Shown here: positions 52,489 to 64,000 of the stretch, in pieces
Numbering within the stretch: the first letter of the stretch is position 1
Layout of the letters: each line of letters opens with the position of its first letter
Assembly: GCA_951406725.2 (NCBI GenBank)
Contig: OX597818.1
Location: forward strand, 74,958,001 to 75,022,000
Direction of reading: 5' to 3'
DNA length: 64,000 nt
From: Octopus vulgaris
Taxonomy: Eukaryota
The notes under the pieces: model-generated
What the model was told of the DNA's origin: nothing
Database searches by the model: none
What the model saw: the letters and a program-made list of their open reading frames with translations, nothing else
Position numbers and translations under genes: made by a program

Positions 52489-52705
52489 TATGAGGGTGTG
52501 CCGAAAAGTTCCTGGCTTTAAATGTATCGCGATAGGTCTGGTTGGAGGCCCAAACTTTCAGGTTTTTTTACAGGGCTTAGAAAAACTGAAGGACCGCTGT
52601 AATAAGTGTGTGAATCTGAGAGGGGGATATGCTGAATAAAATCATAATTAACTGATCCTCCTTTTTTTTCACCCAAAGCCAGCAACTTTTCAGCACTCCT
52701 TCGTA
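52489..52705. mobile_element. Mariner-derived MITE
   Basis: TIRs TATGAGGGTGTGCCGAAAAGTTCCTGGCTTT / AAAGCCAGCAACTTTTCAGCACTCCTTCGTA, TA ends. Confidence 0.85.
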
Positions 52706-53544
52706 TAAATGTTATTCCATATATACATGGTGAAAGAAAATTCAAAAGTATATAGAAGTTGGGGTTCGATTAAAGTGTATTGGATCAATTTGTTCGAACA
52801 ATCAACTAAATGTTATTGTAACATTGGTCACTTGCAGATGAACTTTAAATTTGGCACCTGATCGGCAAACTGTCCAGATATTATTTAATCGAAAATTGAT
52901 TTATTGGAAAAGCCATGTAATTGAACTTACAGAGTTTCAGTTTAGTTACTAACCTCGTTAAGTAGAACTATAGTTGAATATTCTTTGTAATAAGCCATGA
53001 GAACTGATACAAAACAAAAATATAAACAAAAGCAACAATGCAATCTATGTGTTAAAAACAGAAAAAATGACGCACATTCTTAAATGAAAAGTATAATGAA
53101 AGAATATTAAAACACGAATCTAAACAATCGAGGGAGAAAAATATTATAAGTGATGTAAAAGTTGGTGAGTCGTTCCGAAGAGAGTTTAAAGAAAATAGCG
53201 CTACAAATATAATATAGTTTCTGAGAGACTATTGATTTTGGAGACTTATGTTTTTATTGTTCAGAATATTTTTTTTAAAACTCGTGGTCTATATTATCGT
53301 TGTATCTTGGCTGAAGTCAATTTATTTCTATGGTTTTATTCCAGTTTATGACATTTTTCCTGTAATCGATATAAACAGTTGTCATAGGAATTCAACACTT
53401 GAAGTAACCGAGACAAACACTATGTAAAACTAAACTTTGCGCCACGGATATATAGATATACAAATATATACATACACACACATAATACATATATATATGT
53501 ATATATATATATATATATTTTATTTTATATACATATGTATATGT

Positions 53545-53616
<72 letters not shown>

Positions 53617-53805
53617 GAAAGAATGGAGTCGAACGAAGATTTTAACAAAATTCCTTTACTCTCAACACATGTTTCGAAGACTGCATACTCTTAATTCCGA
53701 TGATAGCGTAAGTGCGTGTATGCACATACACACAGACATATACGAGTACACACAAATACATGCGCAGTAGAGAGATATTAAGAACTCAAATATACACATA
53801 CATAC

Positions 53806-53878
<73 letters not shown>

Positions 53879-53969
53879 AGTATGTATGTGTGTGCGTGTA
53901 CATGTATTGCACATATACAATCATGCACTCCGCATAAATATTGATTGAGAATATAAGTATATATACATT

Positions 53970-54265
53970 TTTTATCTTCTATTTTTAACTTGTTTTGGGG
54001 GAATTTGCTGAACAGCTAAGCTAGGGGACGTAAATACAGTAACAATGGTTGTTAAGCGCTGGCGGGGAGGAGACAAACAGAAGCATAAAAATAGACACAC
54101 ACACATCACATGCATATATACACACGACCGGTTTCTTTCAGTTTGCGTCTACTAAATTCACTCACAAAACTTTGGTCGGCTCCATGCTATACGAGAAGAC
54201 ACTTGCCTAATAGCGGGACTGAACTCTAAACCATATGATTATGAGGAAAACTGCCTACCACACAT
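53970..54265 (-). mobile_element. Diverged SINE family A
   Basis: TTTCTTTCAGTTTGCGTCTACTAAATTCACTCACAA...AAGACACTTGCC. Confidence 0.7.
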
Positions 54266-55164
54266 ATTTTTATATTTTGTTACGTTTAGACAAAGGAAAC
54301 AACAAATGGAATAAACAGGTCCGTACGATTCAGTTATGTATTGAAAGATAGTAAAAACTTACAACTGTGATAGCACAAAGCTGTTACAAATTATTTGAGT
54401 TCAAAGCACAAAGCTGTTACAAAATGATTGAGTATGTCAGTTCTTGGTAGCGAAAAGTCCAATGCCTGGGATTGTGGTCGAAATTTTCTTTGTTTGTTCC
54501 AAATTCTCAGCAAAACGATAAAAGAAATATGGAGGTAACTTTATCTTCTTGTTTGTTATTACTGTATCTTCAAAGCCAGATCTTTTGAGATTATTGCTTG
54601 AAACTTGGCAAAGGATATTCGTCGTCTAATCAGTAGTATGCCTACGTTGGTCACCCACTACACAGAAGGGAGGAAGATAGATGACAGCGAGTTGAGGAGG
54701 AAGACAGAATGATTTTGTCTGTCATTTAAGCAGCAGCAGAGAAAGAGATCGAAAGACGTTTCTTAGAGAAAGATGAGATAGTGAAAGTTGTATGAATCAT
54801 GGCTGACTGCTCGTGGTCGTCTCATTTCTCCCACTGTTTTTTGCTTTATAAAATTTTAGTATTTATAATAAGTGCAAAATAGCGAGAAAGAGAGGCATAT
54901 CGCCGAGAACTATGGGAAAACTGATGTGGGTAGCTCTTTATCTCATTTCGATTTTTGATGATATAGAAGGCTAGGGATCAAAAGGGAAAACTTAAACCGG
55001 CTTGGCATAGGCCATGTGCTGAGTGTCACTGTTTCAACTATGTTTTTTCTGTGAGGAAATGCCGTTGTAATGTTATGGGGAATTCTATACATTCAGGTTC
55101 GCATCTATATGCCCAAACGAAATCAACCATATTACTTCCCTAGGAAAACACATTCTCGTAACAC

Positions 55165-55221
<57 letters not shown>

Positions 55222-55840
55222 GTCCACATACACACGCACATGTATGTATGTATGTATGTATGTATGTATGTATGTATGTATGTATGTATACTATACATGC
55301 ATACATACATACATATATACATACATACATACATACATACATACATACATACATACATACATACATACATACATACATACATACATACAGACGTACGTAC
55401 ATATGTACGTACGTATGTATGTATATATTTATATAATGAAATGTGTTTGTGTACAACCATATTTAACACGTTCGTGAAATTCACTGATGTGGAAATATGT
55501 ATTTTCGCTTATATTTTCTATAATGAGATTTTTCCCGCGAGATGATTTCTTCAATGAAAGATCTTATACATCCTTGTGTACGTGAATGTATTAAATATGG
55601 GAGTGCTCACATATATTTCGATCAAAGTTGCTTAGTGCACATCTTGTTGATTAATTCCAGAATGATTAAGCTCTGCGCACATCAACAAATGTACTATCTG
55701 TAGCGAGTAAAGTGTAACGACGCAGAAACCCATGTGTCCTAAGATCCGATAACATCAATCATAACGTGTTCTCTTTAGATGATTTTCTACAGAGATTCTT
55801 TCCGTAGCGAAATGACTCCTCACGTCTGACTGTACACATC

Positions 55841-55896
<56 letters not shown>

Positions 55897-56039
55897 TACT
55901 GTAGTGGTTGTAGTAATATATTCCTTTGGAATAGTTTACTATAAATCCTTAAGTTAGGGAATACCCTCTTGATTAATGCAAAAAAAATAACCCTACTAAC
56001 GAACAGCTTACACAAAAAGCATCTGAGGAAAATATTGCT

Positions 56040-56705
56040 TTTCAAGTTTTGGTACAAGGCCAGCAATTACGGGGGAGGGATAAGTCGGTTATGCTGATCC
56101 CACTGCCCAGCTGGTACCTATATCCCGGAGGGATGAAAAGTAAAGTCAACCTCAGCGGAATTTGAACTCAGAACGTAAGAACGGACGAAATGCTGCTAAT
56201 CCTTTTGCCAGGCGTTCTAAACATTCTGCCAGCTCACTGCCTTATGTAAGCAAAATAATGGTTCTAAATTTTCGCACAGGACCAGCAATTTCGAGGGAAG
56301 GTATAAGTTGATTACATCGACCCCAATGCTCAACTGGCATTTCTTTTATCGACCTTGAAAGGATGAAACTACCTGGACGGAATTTGAACTTAGAACATAA
56401 AGACAGACGAAATGTCGCAAAGCCTTTGCCCGGTACGCTAACAATTCTGCCAGTTCACCGCCTTATGTGAGTAAAATTTTGATTTTAAATTTTAGCAGAA
56501 ACCCAGCAAGTGCGGGATAGGGAATAAGTCGAATTTATTGATCCCAGTACTCAACTGGTACTTATTTTATCGACCCCGAAAGAATGAAAAACAAAACTGA
56601 CCTCGGCATAATTTGAGATCAGAACGTAAAAGCAGACGAAATACCGCTAAGCATCTTACCCGGTGTACAAACAGTTCTGCCAGCTCACCGCCCTATGTGA
56701 GCATA
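56040..56705 (-). repeat. Tandem trimer of SINE family B (~220 bp period)
   Basis: Three units, each ending TCTGCCAGYTCACYGCCYTATGTRAGYA on the plus strand. Confidence 0.85.
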
Positions 56706-59459
56706 ATCTTGATTACCAAAAATATTAACTATCGCAGAGACTTTTTCACTTACAGTCAACTACATGTGGTTATGTAAAGCTACTGTTTCTTTACCTCTCT
56801 ACCGGCTGCTGGTAAAACTTATCCTTAGACTTAGACTGTAGGTATGTCTCTATTTATGTGCATACGTAAATATGCTTCATGAACAGAAGATTGTATGAGT
56901 GTATGAGTGAGCGTGTACCATGTGTTGGGCGTTCATCAATGGTATACTTTTTATCATGTTTACAACCTCCCTATCACTGCTTGTCAATTTTAATGTTCAT
57001 CTTTTGACTTTGTTTCCTTTTGTTAACTCTCCTTGCGCTTTTTTATTTCATTTCTCTCCTCCACTGTCTATAGGATGTAAAACGTTACTTGAGGAATCAA
57101 TCAGCCGACAAACATGTATGTCAGCTATTATTATATAGAGACGAGCAATGTTGCGTATTAGTCTGTTGATTAAGCACTTATTTGATCCTTCGTACCTAGG
57201 AGTACGCCTTGGCGGACGCGATTTCCTTTCGCTATACCTCAGACGGCCACATGATTGTGTGATTACAGTTACAAAATCAGCAGAAACATTTTCAGCTGTA
57301 AACACAAAATTGTGTGGCTGCCATCTTTTGCACTTTCCAAGGGCATATTGAGTTTATTGGTTGGTCGGTTAAAAAATTTGCATGTGATGCACATGGGCAT
57401 TGTTTTAATACATTGTACCCTACGGATTTTATTGAAGTTTTGCAATCATGTAGTGTAACTAGGTAAAGTTTAAGATGGTCACACATACTTTTCTAAGTTT
57501 ATATTCACGAGACCATTGAATGAATACAAATTCTGTAAATGAATAAAACACTTGTCAATTTTACAGTTCTTCCTTAGTTTTTCAGGAAGAGACGTTATAT
57601 TTTCTAGTATTTTCTAGTATACAGAAGTAAATTTGAAGCTGTGGAAACGTTGCGAAAGTGGTAAATATATGCGAATTCTAGTTGTTTGATTCTCTGCTTA
57701 CATAATCACCTATACGTCATTTTTGGACAAGATAGTCATCTAAATTTCTTACGTTATATCTAGCTAAATTGAGTGATTGATTGATTGACATACTTTTAGA
57801 ATGTTGGACGCATTATTTCTGACGGCTCTTTACGTTTTCAGTTCAAATTCCGTCGACGTCAACTTTGCTTTTTCTATATCTGGAGTGAAGTGAAGAATCG
57901 GAGTCGATTTAATAACCAGATATTCCTCAACCCCAGCTTTCTGTTTTGTATCATTTGTTTGAAACAATTATATCTAGCTAATTAGCTAAAATTAATTATC
58001 TTTGTCATATGTTACTGCACAGAGATATTTTAGTTCGCTATCAACCAAATTACAAAAGCTGACCCGAATATATACCTACAGGAAAAAAGAATAACCTGTA
58101 GTTAATGTCATCGTTCATCTAACGAGAGTTGTATCTTGAAGACAGTTTAGTTTCTCACTGGAAAACCATAAAGGCCACAGCTTCGCAAGTGTTTTTCTGG
58201 TACTTCAAAGTAGTCAGTAGAAATAAATTCAATTCAATAGCGTTCGCATATTAAGCATTGTGTAACTCTTACTTTATGTCTGCTCTCATGGCTTACCATA
58301 TGAGAAATATATTTAGATAGATAGATAGAAAAAGAAAGAGAGAGATAGAGAGGAGGGGGAGAGATGGGATAGGAATAGAGGAATGGAATTATGTTATCTT
58401 AGATCTCTTATATAATATTGACATGGAGATTGGAAAGGTATATTTTTTCCTTTTTTTAACTGAATCGATAAAAAAAACATATTCACGATAGAGTGAGCAC
58501 TGTAAGATTAGATAAAAGATAAATGCTTTCTCATCATATCCAATGGTTTGAAACGCATCAAAAAATGTCAAAGCAAATAGCTGGTTGGGTATAAGTAGTC
58601 TCTGAATGTCTTAGAACCGTTACAATACAATCTCTATTAGTCTGCACCTTAAACTGTTTTCTGTCTGTTCTGAGTACTTTATGACATCAGATAAGACGGA
58701 AGAATAGCCATTAAGGAAGGAAAGAAGCCTATCTTCCACGTGACAGTAATAACTCCTGACATATCGGATTTAGATTTGAAAAAGAGGATGGGAACAGATT
58801 ATTGCTATTTTTCTCTTAGAAACATTTCTTTATTTTCGAAATACGGATTATTTCCTGTATATCTCTTATAGCATCCTATGTGTGGTTGCGGCTGGGTGTC
58901 TCTGTGTTTCAGTGGTTGGGAGATTAGGCGAGAGACGAAAGTTAAAAACACATAAAAGATATAAGACATTTTGGTATTGCGACAGCAGCTTTCTGCTATA
59001 TTTGGGATTTGGTCTTTATGATTCCTTTGTCTCCACTGGCAATAACTGAAGTTATCGTGGCTCACCTATTTATTCAAGGTGACTGGTGATTCAAACTGGA
59101 CGAGTGTGAACCCTGCACGGAAAGCTAATACAGCGTTAACCATCCACACATTATTTTCACGTTAATTTTGGTGAAATATACTTCTGTCATAATCAATAGC
59201 GATAGGTGTTAAGGAATTGGGACAGCATGTTTTCTGTTACACATCAGTTTATATGGTACTGAGGATTTCGATAATAAACCGAATGTGTGATATATGTGCA
59301 TCTATGTGCGTATATTCATTCATGTGTATACTTACATACATATGTGTACATATATGTATATGTATGTGTGCATGTATGTATGTATATACGTACATACATA
59401 TATGTATGTGTATGTATGTGTGTTTATAGTATCGAATGATTATACTGACGAGTGTTATA

Positions 59460-59670
59460 CTACGAGGGGTGTTCATTAGAGATTTCCCCTGATTCACTTC
59501 CGGTTACTGCAGGAAACAGAACTTGTACATGTATACTTATACAAGTCTCTAAATGTCACATTGTAAATTGCAGATTTCCACTAGTATTCGTTTGTCCTTT
59601 ACGGACAAACGAATACTGAAGCGGACTAAGGTGTTATAATAGAGGCAGTGGGATGCAGATCAGTGATCAG
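59460..59670 (+). mobile_element. Mariner 5' terminal fragment
   Basis: TACGAGGGGTGTTCATTAGAG TIR-like start; 15 bp perfect hairpin at 59583-59617. Confidence 0.6.
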
Positions 59671-59763
59671 GTGAAAAAAAAACATACAACACACATATAT
59701 GTGCGTGAGTATTTATCTACCTATGTGTCACACACATATATTTATGAGTATCTATCTGTGCGT

Positions 59764-59831
<68 letters not shown>

Positions 59832-59884
59832 ATGTGTATGTGTGTGTGTGTTGTATTTCTGTGATTGAGATTTTGATATACTGA

Positions 59885-60050
59885 TTTCAAATTTTGGCAC
59901 AAGGCAAGTAATTTCGGGGAGAGGGGTAAGTCGATTACATAGCACCCAATGTTCCACCGGTACTTATTTTATCGAGCTCGCAATGATGAAAGGTAAAGTC
60001 GACCTCGGCGGAATTTGAACTCAGGACATAAAGACGGACGAAATGCGGCG
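59885..60050 (-). mobile_element. SINE family B
   Basis: AAAGTCGACCTCGGCGGAATTTGAACTCAG. Confidence 0.8.
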
Positions 60051-60700
60051 AGCCTTCGGTGTTTGTTATATTTTCTTCAGTGTTTCTTATATTGGAAGAC
60101 ATATCTTTGGCGGTATAGATGTTCAGTGAAACTTGGGTGGGTGGGGGATCAGAATTTGTAGGAGTGTTGGGGGCTCTAGTAGTGTGTTATAAACATTTTA
60201 TTTCATATACAATTTTGTTTCTTGATCTGCTTACTGGTTGTGCATTTATGATGTTGGATGCGATGAAGATTGAGCTGATCCCATCGAATAACAACAGAAA
60301 GGAGCGTAGATCAATATGTTCCACTGAGCCATTTTATATAGAATATGTGGATGCTAAAAAGGAAAACCAAATTAAGGGCAATCTAAGAAACAGCATAACT
60401 CTATGAAATATTTCCTTGTTGGAGGTAGTTTATGATTTATCGAAGTATGTACAGAAATAATCATACGAACTACTAAAAGTATAAAGAGATTTTACATGCT
60501 TGCGCGTTTTTTACTCTCTAAGTATAAATTTGTATGTGCGCATATATTTATCCCAATATATGTGTGTGTGTGTATGTGTTTATGTATGTAAATACGTGTC
60601 TGTGTGTGCGCGTGTGCCTGTGTATGTGTAGTTGTGTGTGACAGTTATTGCTATTGAGAATTTTATGACGTACGTGCACCTATGTGTATGTGTGTGCATG

Positions 60701-60762
<62 letters not shown>

Positions 60763-60839
60763 TTCATGTATGTACGTATATGTATGTGTAACACATGAAC
60801 ACTCAGTTCCTCAATTAGATTATTTCAGGAAAGTAATAA

Positions 60840-60940
60840 TTTCTTCTTCTTCTTCTTCTTCTTCTTCTTCTTCTTCTTCTTCTTCTTCTTCTTCTTCTTC
60901 TTCTTCTTCTTCTTCTTCTTTTCCTCCTCTTCTTCTTCTT
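60840..60940. repeat. (TTC)n microsatellite
   Basis: Seen directly. Confidence 0.95.
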
Positions 60941-61874
60941 TCTACTTCACCACCTCCTCCATTTCTAACTTTTCTCTTCAACTTAATATCTATTTATCCA
61001 ATTGAAATCGGATTTTTTTTGTTTTGCTTTTAGTTTATTTTTACTCAATTTGTATATTTTTTATTCCAATCTAATATCTAATTAAAATTATATTCGGGTT
61101 TTGGGGTGTGAAATAAGGAAAATGTAATTCAAAGTCAGAAAATTAAATTTACCAAACTATACCAACATTTCGCATCGTAAATACATTCTCAAAATTCGTT
61201 CAACCTCTAATTTTAATAGAATTTTTTTTGTGTATATATCTACTGAATGTTGAGTAAAAGTTTCGAAATAAATAGAATAGACCATTTAGAACTTTATTCT
61301 GAATAGTAAACATTGAATGCAAAATAGAGAATTAAAGATTCCTCTTTTTTTATTATTTGGGCAGAATACAACGACCGTGCATATCGCCTTTGCAGACACC
61401 CCAAGGTAGTAAGATTCATACATTTATTAACTAGTTTGCTCATCGATATATCTCCTAGTAAAGAGATATACATAAGGAGAATTATTTTAAATTGACACGT
61501 TTTTTAGGGCATTTTTGAGAGAGGTGATATTTTCGGGGTTTTTTTGTTTGTTTTTTTTCGTTTTTCTTTTTTTTTTCGTAGTACTAGTACTTGTAAGGCT
61601 GGTTACCATGACCGAGATCGCAGCATTTCTCATATGGCAGGGTTGATCAGCCGTCCATCCGTTGCAGGGTTCATGGCTAGAATTGACCCCAGTATCTGAC
61701 TGGTGCTTTTTTTTATCGACCGTGATGGAATGAAAGCCAAGATTCACTTCGGCAAGATTTGAACTCAGAAAGTAAATAAGCCGGTTGAAATACTTCAAAG
61801 AATTTTATCTGCCGTGTTTACAACTCAACCAACTCGTCATCTTATTTTCATATTTAATTGTTATACATTTGGTT

Positions 61875-62105
61875 AAGGCGGCGTGCTGTTAGAATCGTAA
61901 GCATGCTGGGCAAAATACTTTAGCGGCATTTTGTTCTGAGTTCGACTTTGCCGAGTTCGACTTTGCCGAGTTCGACTTTGCCGAGTTCGACTTTGCCTTT
62001 CATCCTTTTAGGGTCGATAAAATAAAGTAGCGGTTGAACGTTGGGGTCGATGTAATCGACTTATCCTTACCCATACATTGCTGGCATTATGCCAAAATTT
62101 GAGGC
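61875..62105 (+). mobile_element. SINE family B with an internal 15 bp unit (GAGTTCGACTTTGCC) repeated four times
   Basis: Tandem repeat at 61938-61997. Confidence 0.8.
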
Positions 62106-62169
62106 TATTATTATACATTGTTTAAGTAGTTGCACTGGCAGAATATTTACCGCGCCGGATAAAATGCTG

Positions 62170-62650
62170 TTAGTGATTTTAATGACATTTGCATCCAGAA
62201 CGTAAAGCCGGTAAAAAGTACAACGAAGTTCTCGGGGAGATTCTGAACGCCGACAAGAACGAACTGGTTAGTCTGTCCAAGAGGGCTTTCCGGTCAGGAA
62301 CTATCATGGATAATTTTCAGTTGTCCTTAGCCTGGCAGTGCTACCGGTTCGAGATAAAATCCACAGGCACAGATGTGCAGTCGGATTTGCGCACAGAATG
62401 ACGAAACCGTTCTATACCGTAACGTGTGGGACGGATCCGTCTGTCGGCCGAGTATGCAAGCCAGCTTTCCTTTGCGTGGTGGATGTGACGAAAGTGGTTG
62501 TTTGGTGGACAAGGCTGAAAGGCATCAGGACAGATACATTCTTTTTTGATAGAGCTCTCATCGACTTCTTCAAGTTTCACTTGAAAAGAAAATTGAGAGT
62601 GGATAGGGAAGTGCTGTCCTCAAGCGAGTTTATTGAAAGGTGGGTGAAAG
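62170..62650 (+). pseudogene. L1/Tx1-type LINE ORF2 C-terminal fragment (zf-RVT region)
   Basis: SLAWQCYR / LPVRDKIHRH / KVVVWWTRLKG...FFKFHLKRKLRVDREVLSSSEFIERWV. Confidence 0.7.
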
Positions 62651-64000
62651 TGTGCGGTGTGCTTCTGTTCAGATTGCCTCCTTAATGCATAGTCATAGGC
62701 GTTTATTACTACTCTATAATCTTCTCGGGTCCATTTGATCCTCTTACATTTTTCTTTCTGTGGTAGATGTGGTGGTGGACATGGAGACTCAAGTTGGGAC
62801 AGTTCCCGTTCAAGTCACCATCCAGATTCGTATTCAGAGAAGAGTTTGTACCAGTGGGTGACTTTTTCACCTCAGGCTGGCTCTCTCCTGGGGAACGTGC
62901 TTCCAGATTAAACATAAGAGAAGCAATTTGGTGTACTGTTGTAGTTTTCCTTTCTGTTTCGTAAGACATATATGTGCTACATTAAAATTATTAGTATTGA
63001 ACCCTATGTGACAGATGTAAAGACGGTTTTGTCTCTGCGACTATTGCCACCTCCGCCATGAATGCCGTTACAGCTCCTTCAACCTTGAAATTGCAGCATT
63101 GTTCATCGTTAGTTGCCACCAATTGTGCCTTGATCTGTATCGCTGTGTCTAACCTTTGTAGCCATGGCGACTCAATAACTGTTATTTAGGTAAGTCTACC
63201 TTCTTTGCTCCTACAACTGTGTGGTATTATTAAATATTGTTTAGTTTCGACTTTTGTCTTGTACTTGAGATAAGCATAAATAAGTGAGGGTTAGAGAGGA
63301 TAGCAGGAGGAAGAAAAGCATATTGGTGAATAGACAAAATTCCGCAGGTCTGTAAATATTTTCGGCAGATGGTGAGAATGAGATCAACAATGAGTCTTCG
63401 CATTTTTGTACGATCAGGAGACAAAAGAAGCGTCACACGCTTGCGGTCAGCAGAGGTCAAATGTATTTACAACTAGTAGTGATCGATGGGAGCGCTAACC
63501 TTGGCCTTGGAGAGAACCAATTCACCTTGTTCTGTTTTTAATTACTGATAGAAAAATAATAATATATATACTGATGTTTACATCGTTGAATTTTTGAACT
63601 TTTGAATTTTTTGAATTTTTCTTTTCTTTTTATGGGTAGTGCTGTGGTTTACAGTTTGTGTAATTGTGCAGTTTGTGTATATTGACAGGTGTGTATCTCC
63701 TTAATTTTTATCGTGTGATTAAGCGTGATGCTGCAATAAAAGTTACGTTTACACATTCGAGTAGTCAGGGAGAAAAGAAGGGTAAAATTTTCACAGAAAA
63801 ACAAAACTTTTAAATTTTCTAAAGATGTCCGAAAAGAGAAGATTGTAGTGGTCTTGCAATAAAAAGGATGTTAGCATTTTCTAATAATCAGGGAGAAAGC
63901 AAAGGACAGATATTCACAGAAGTTTTAGGAGCTTTAACACTTTAAAAGATGATCGTTTGTGTGTTCGTCCACAGAAAACTGTAGATATGCAAGTTTTTAA

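Noticed and set aside
59583-59617. 15 bp perfect hairpin as a terminator or ncRNA
   Set aside because: Eukaryotic DNA inside a mariner fragment; most simply a local template-switch inversion

Overview
AT-rich, microsatellite-saturated animal genomic DNA. The SINE families and the (TA)n/(CA)n/(TACA)n/(GATA)n density suggest a cephalopod, probably Octopus (inference). No intact host gene is visible, and most listed ORFs are microsatellite artefacts. The window is a graveyard of transposons: mariner, Tc1, a MITE, Helitron pieces, CR1- and L1/Tx1-type LINE fragments, and three tRNA-derived SINE families. The striking signal is a dense set of Penelope-like elements (PLEs) from at least three lineages plus ORF-less relatives. 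Nearly all sit in or next to (TA)n tracts, many form fold-back inverted repeats, and many carry recognisable type I hammerhead ribozyme (HHR) motifs. These include canonical cores, a compensatory U3-A8 core in two diverged copies, and U4C and A6U variants. Two related ~560-600 bp ORF-less units with terminal direct repeats look like retrozymes. One PLE family has a tRNA-like Pol III promoter upstream of its ribozyme. All folds were read by eye, and element boundaries are approximate.
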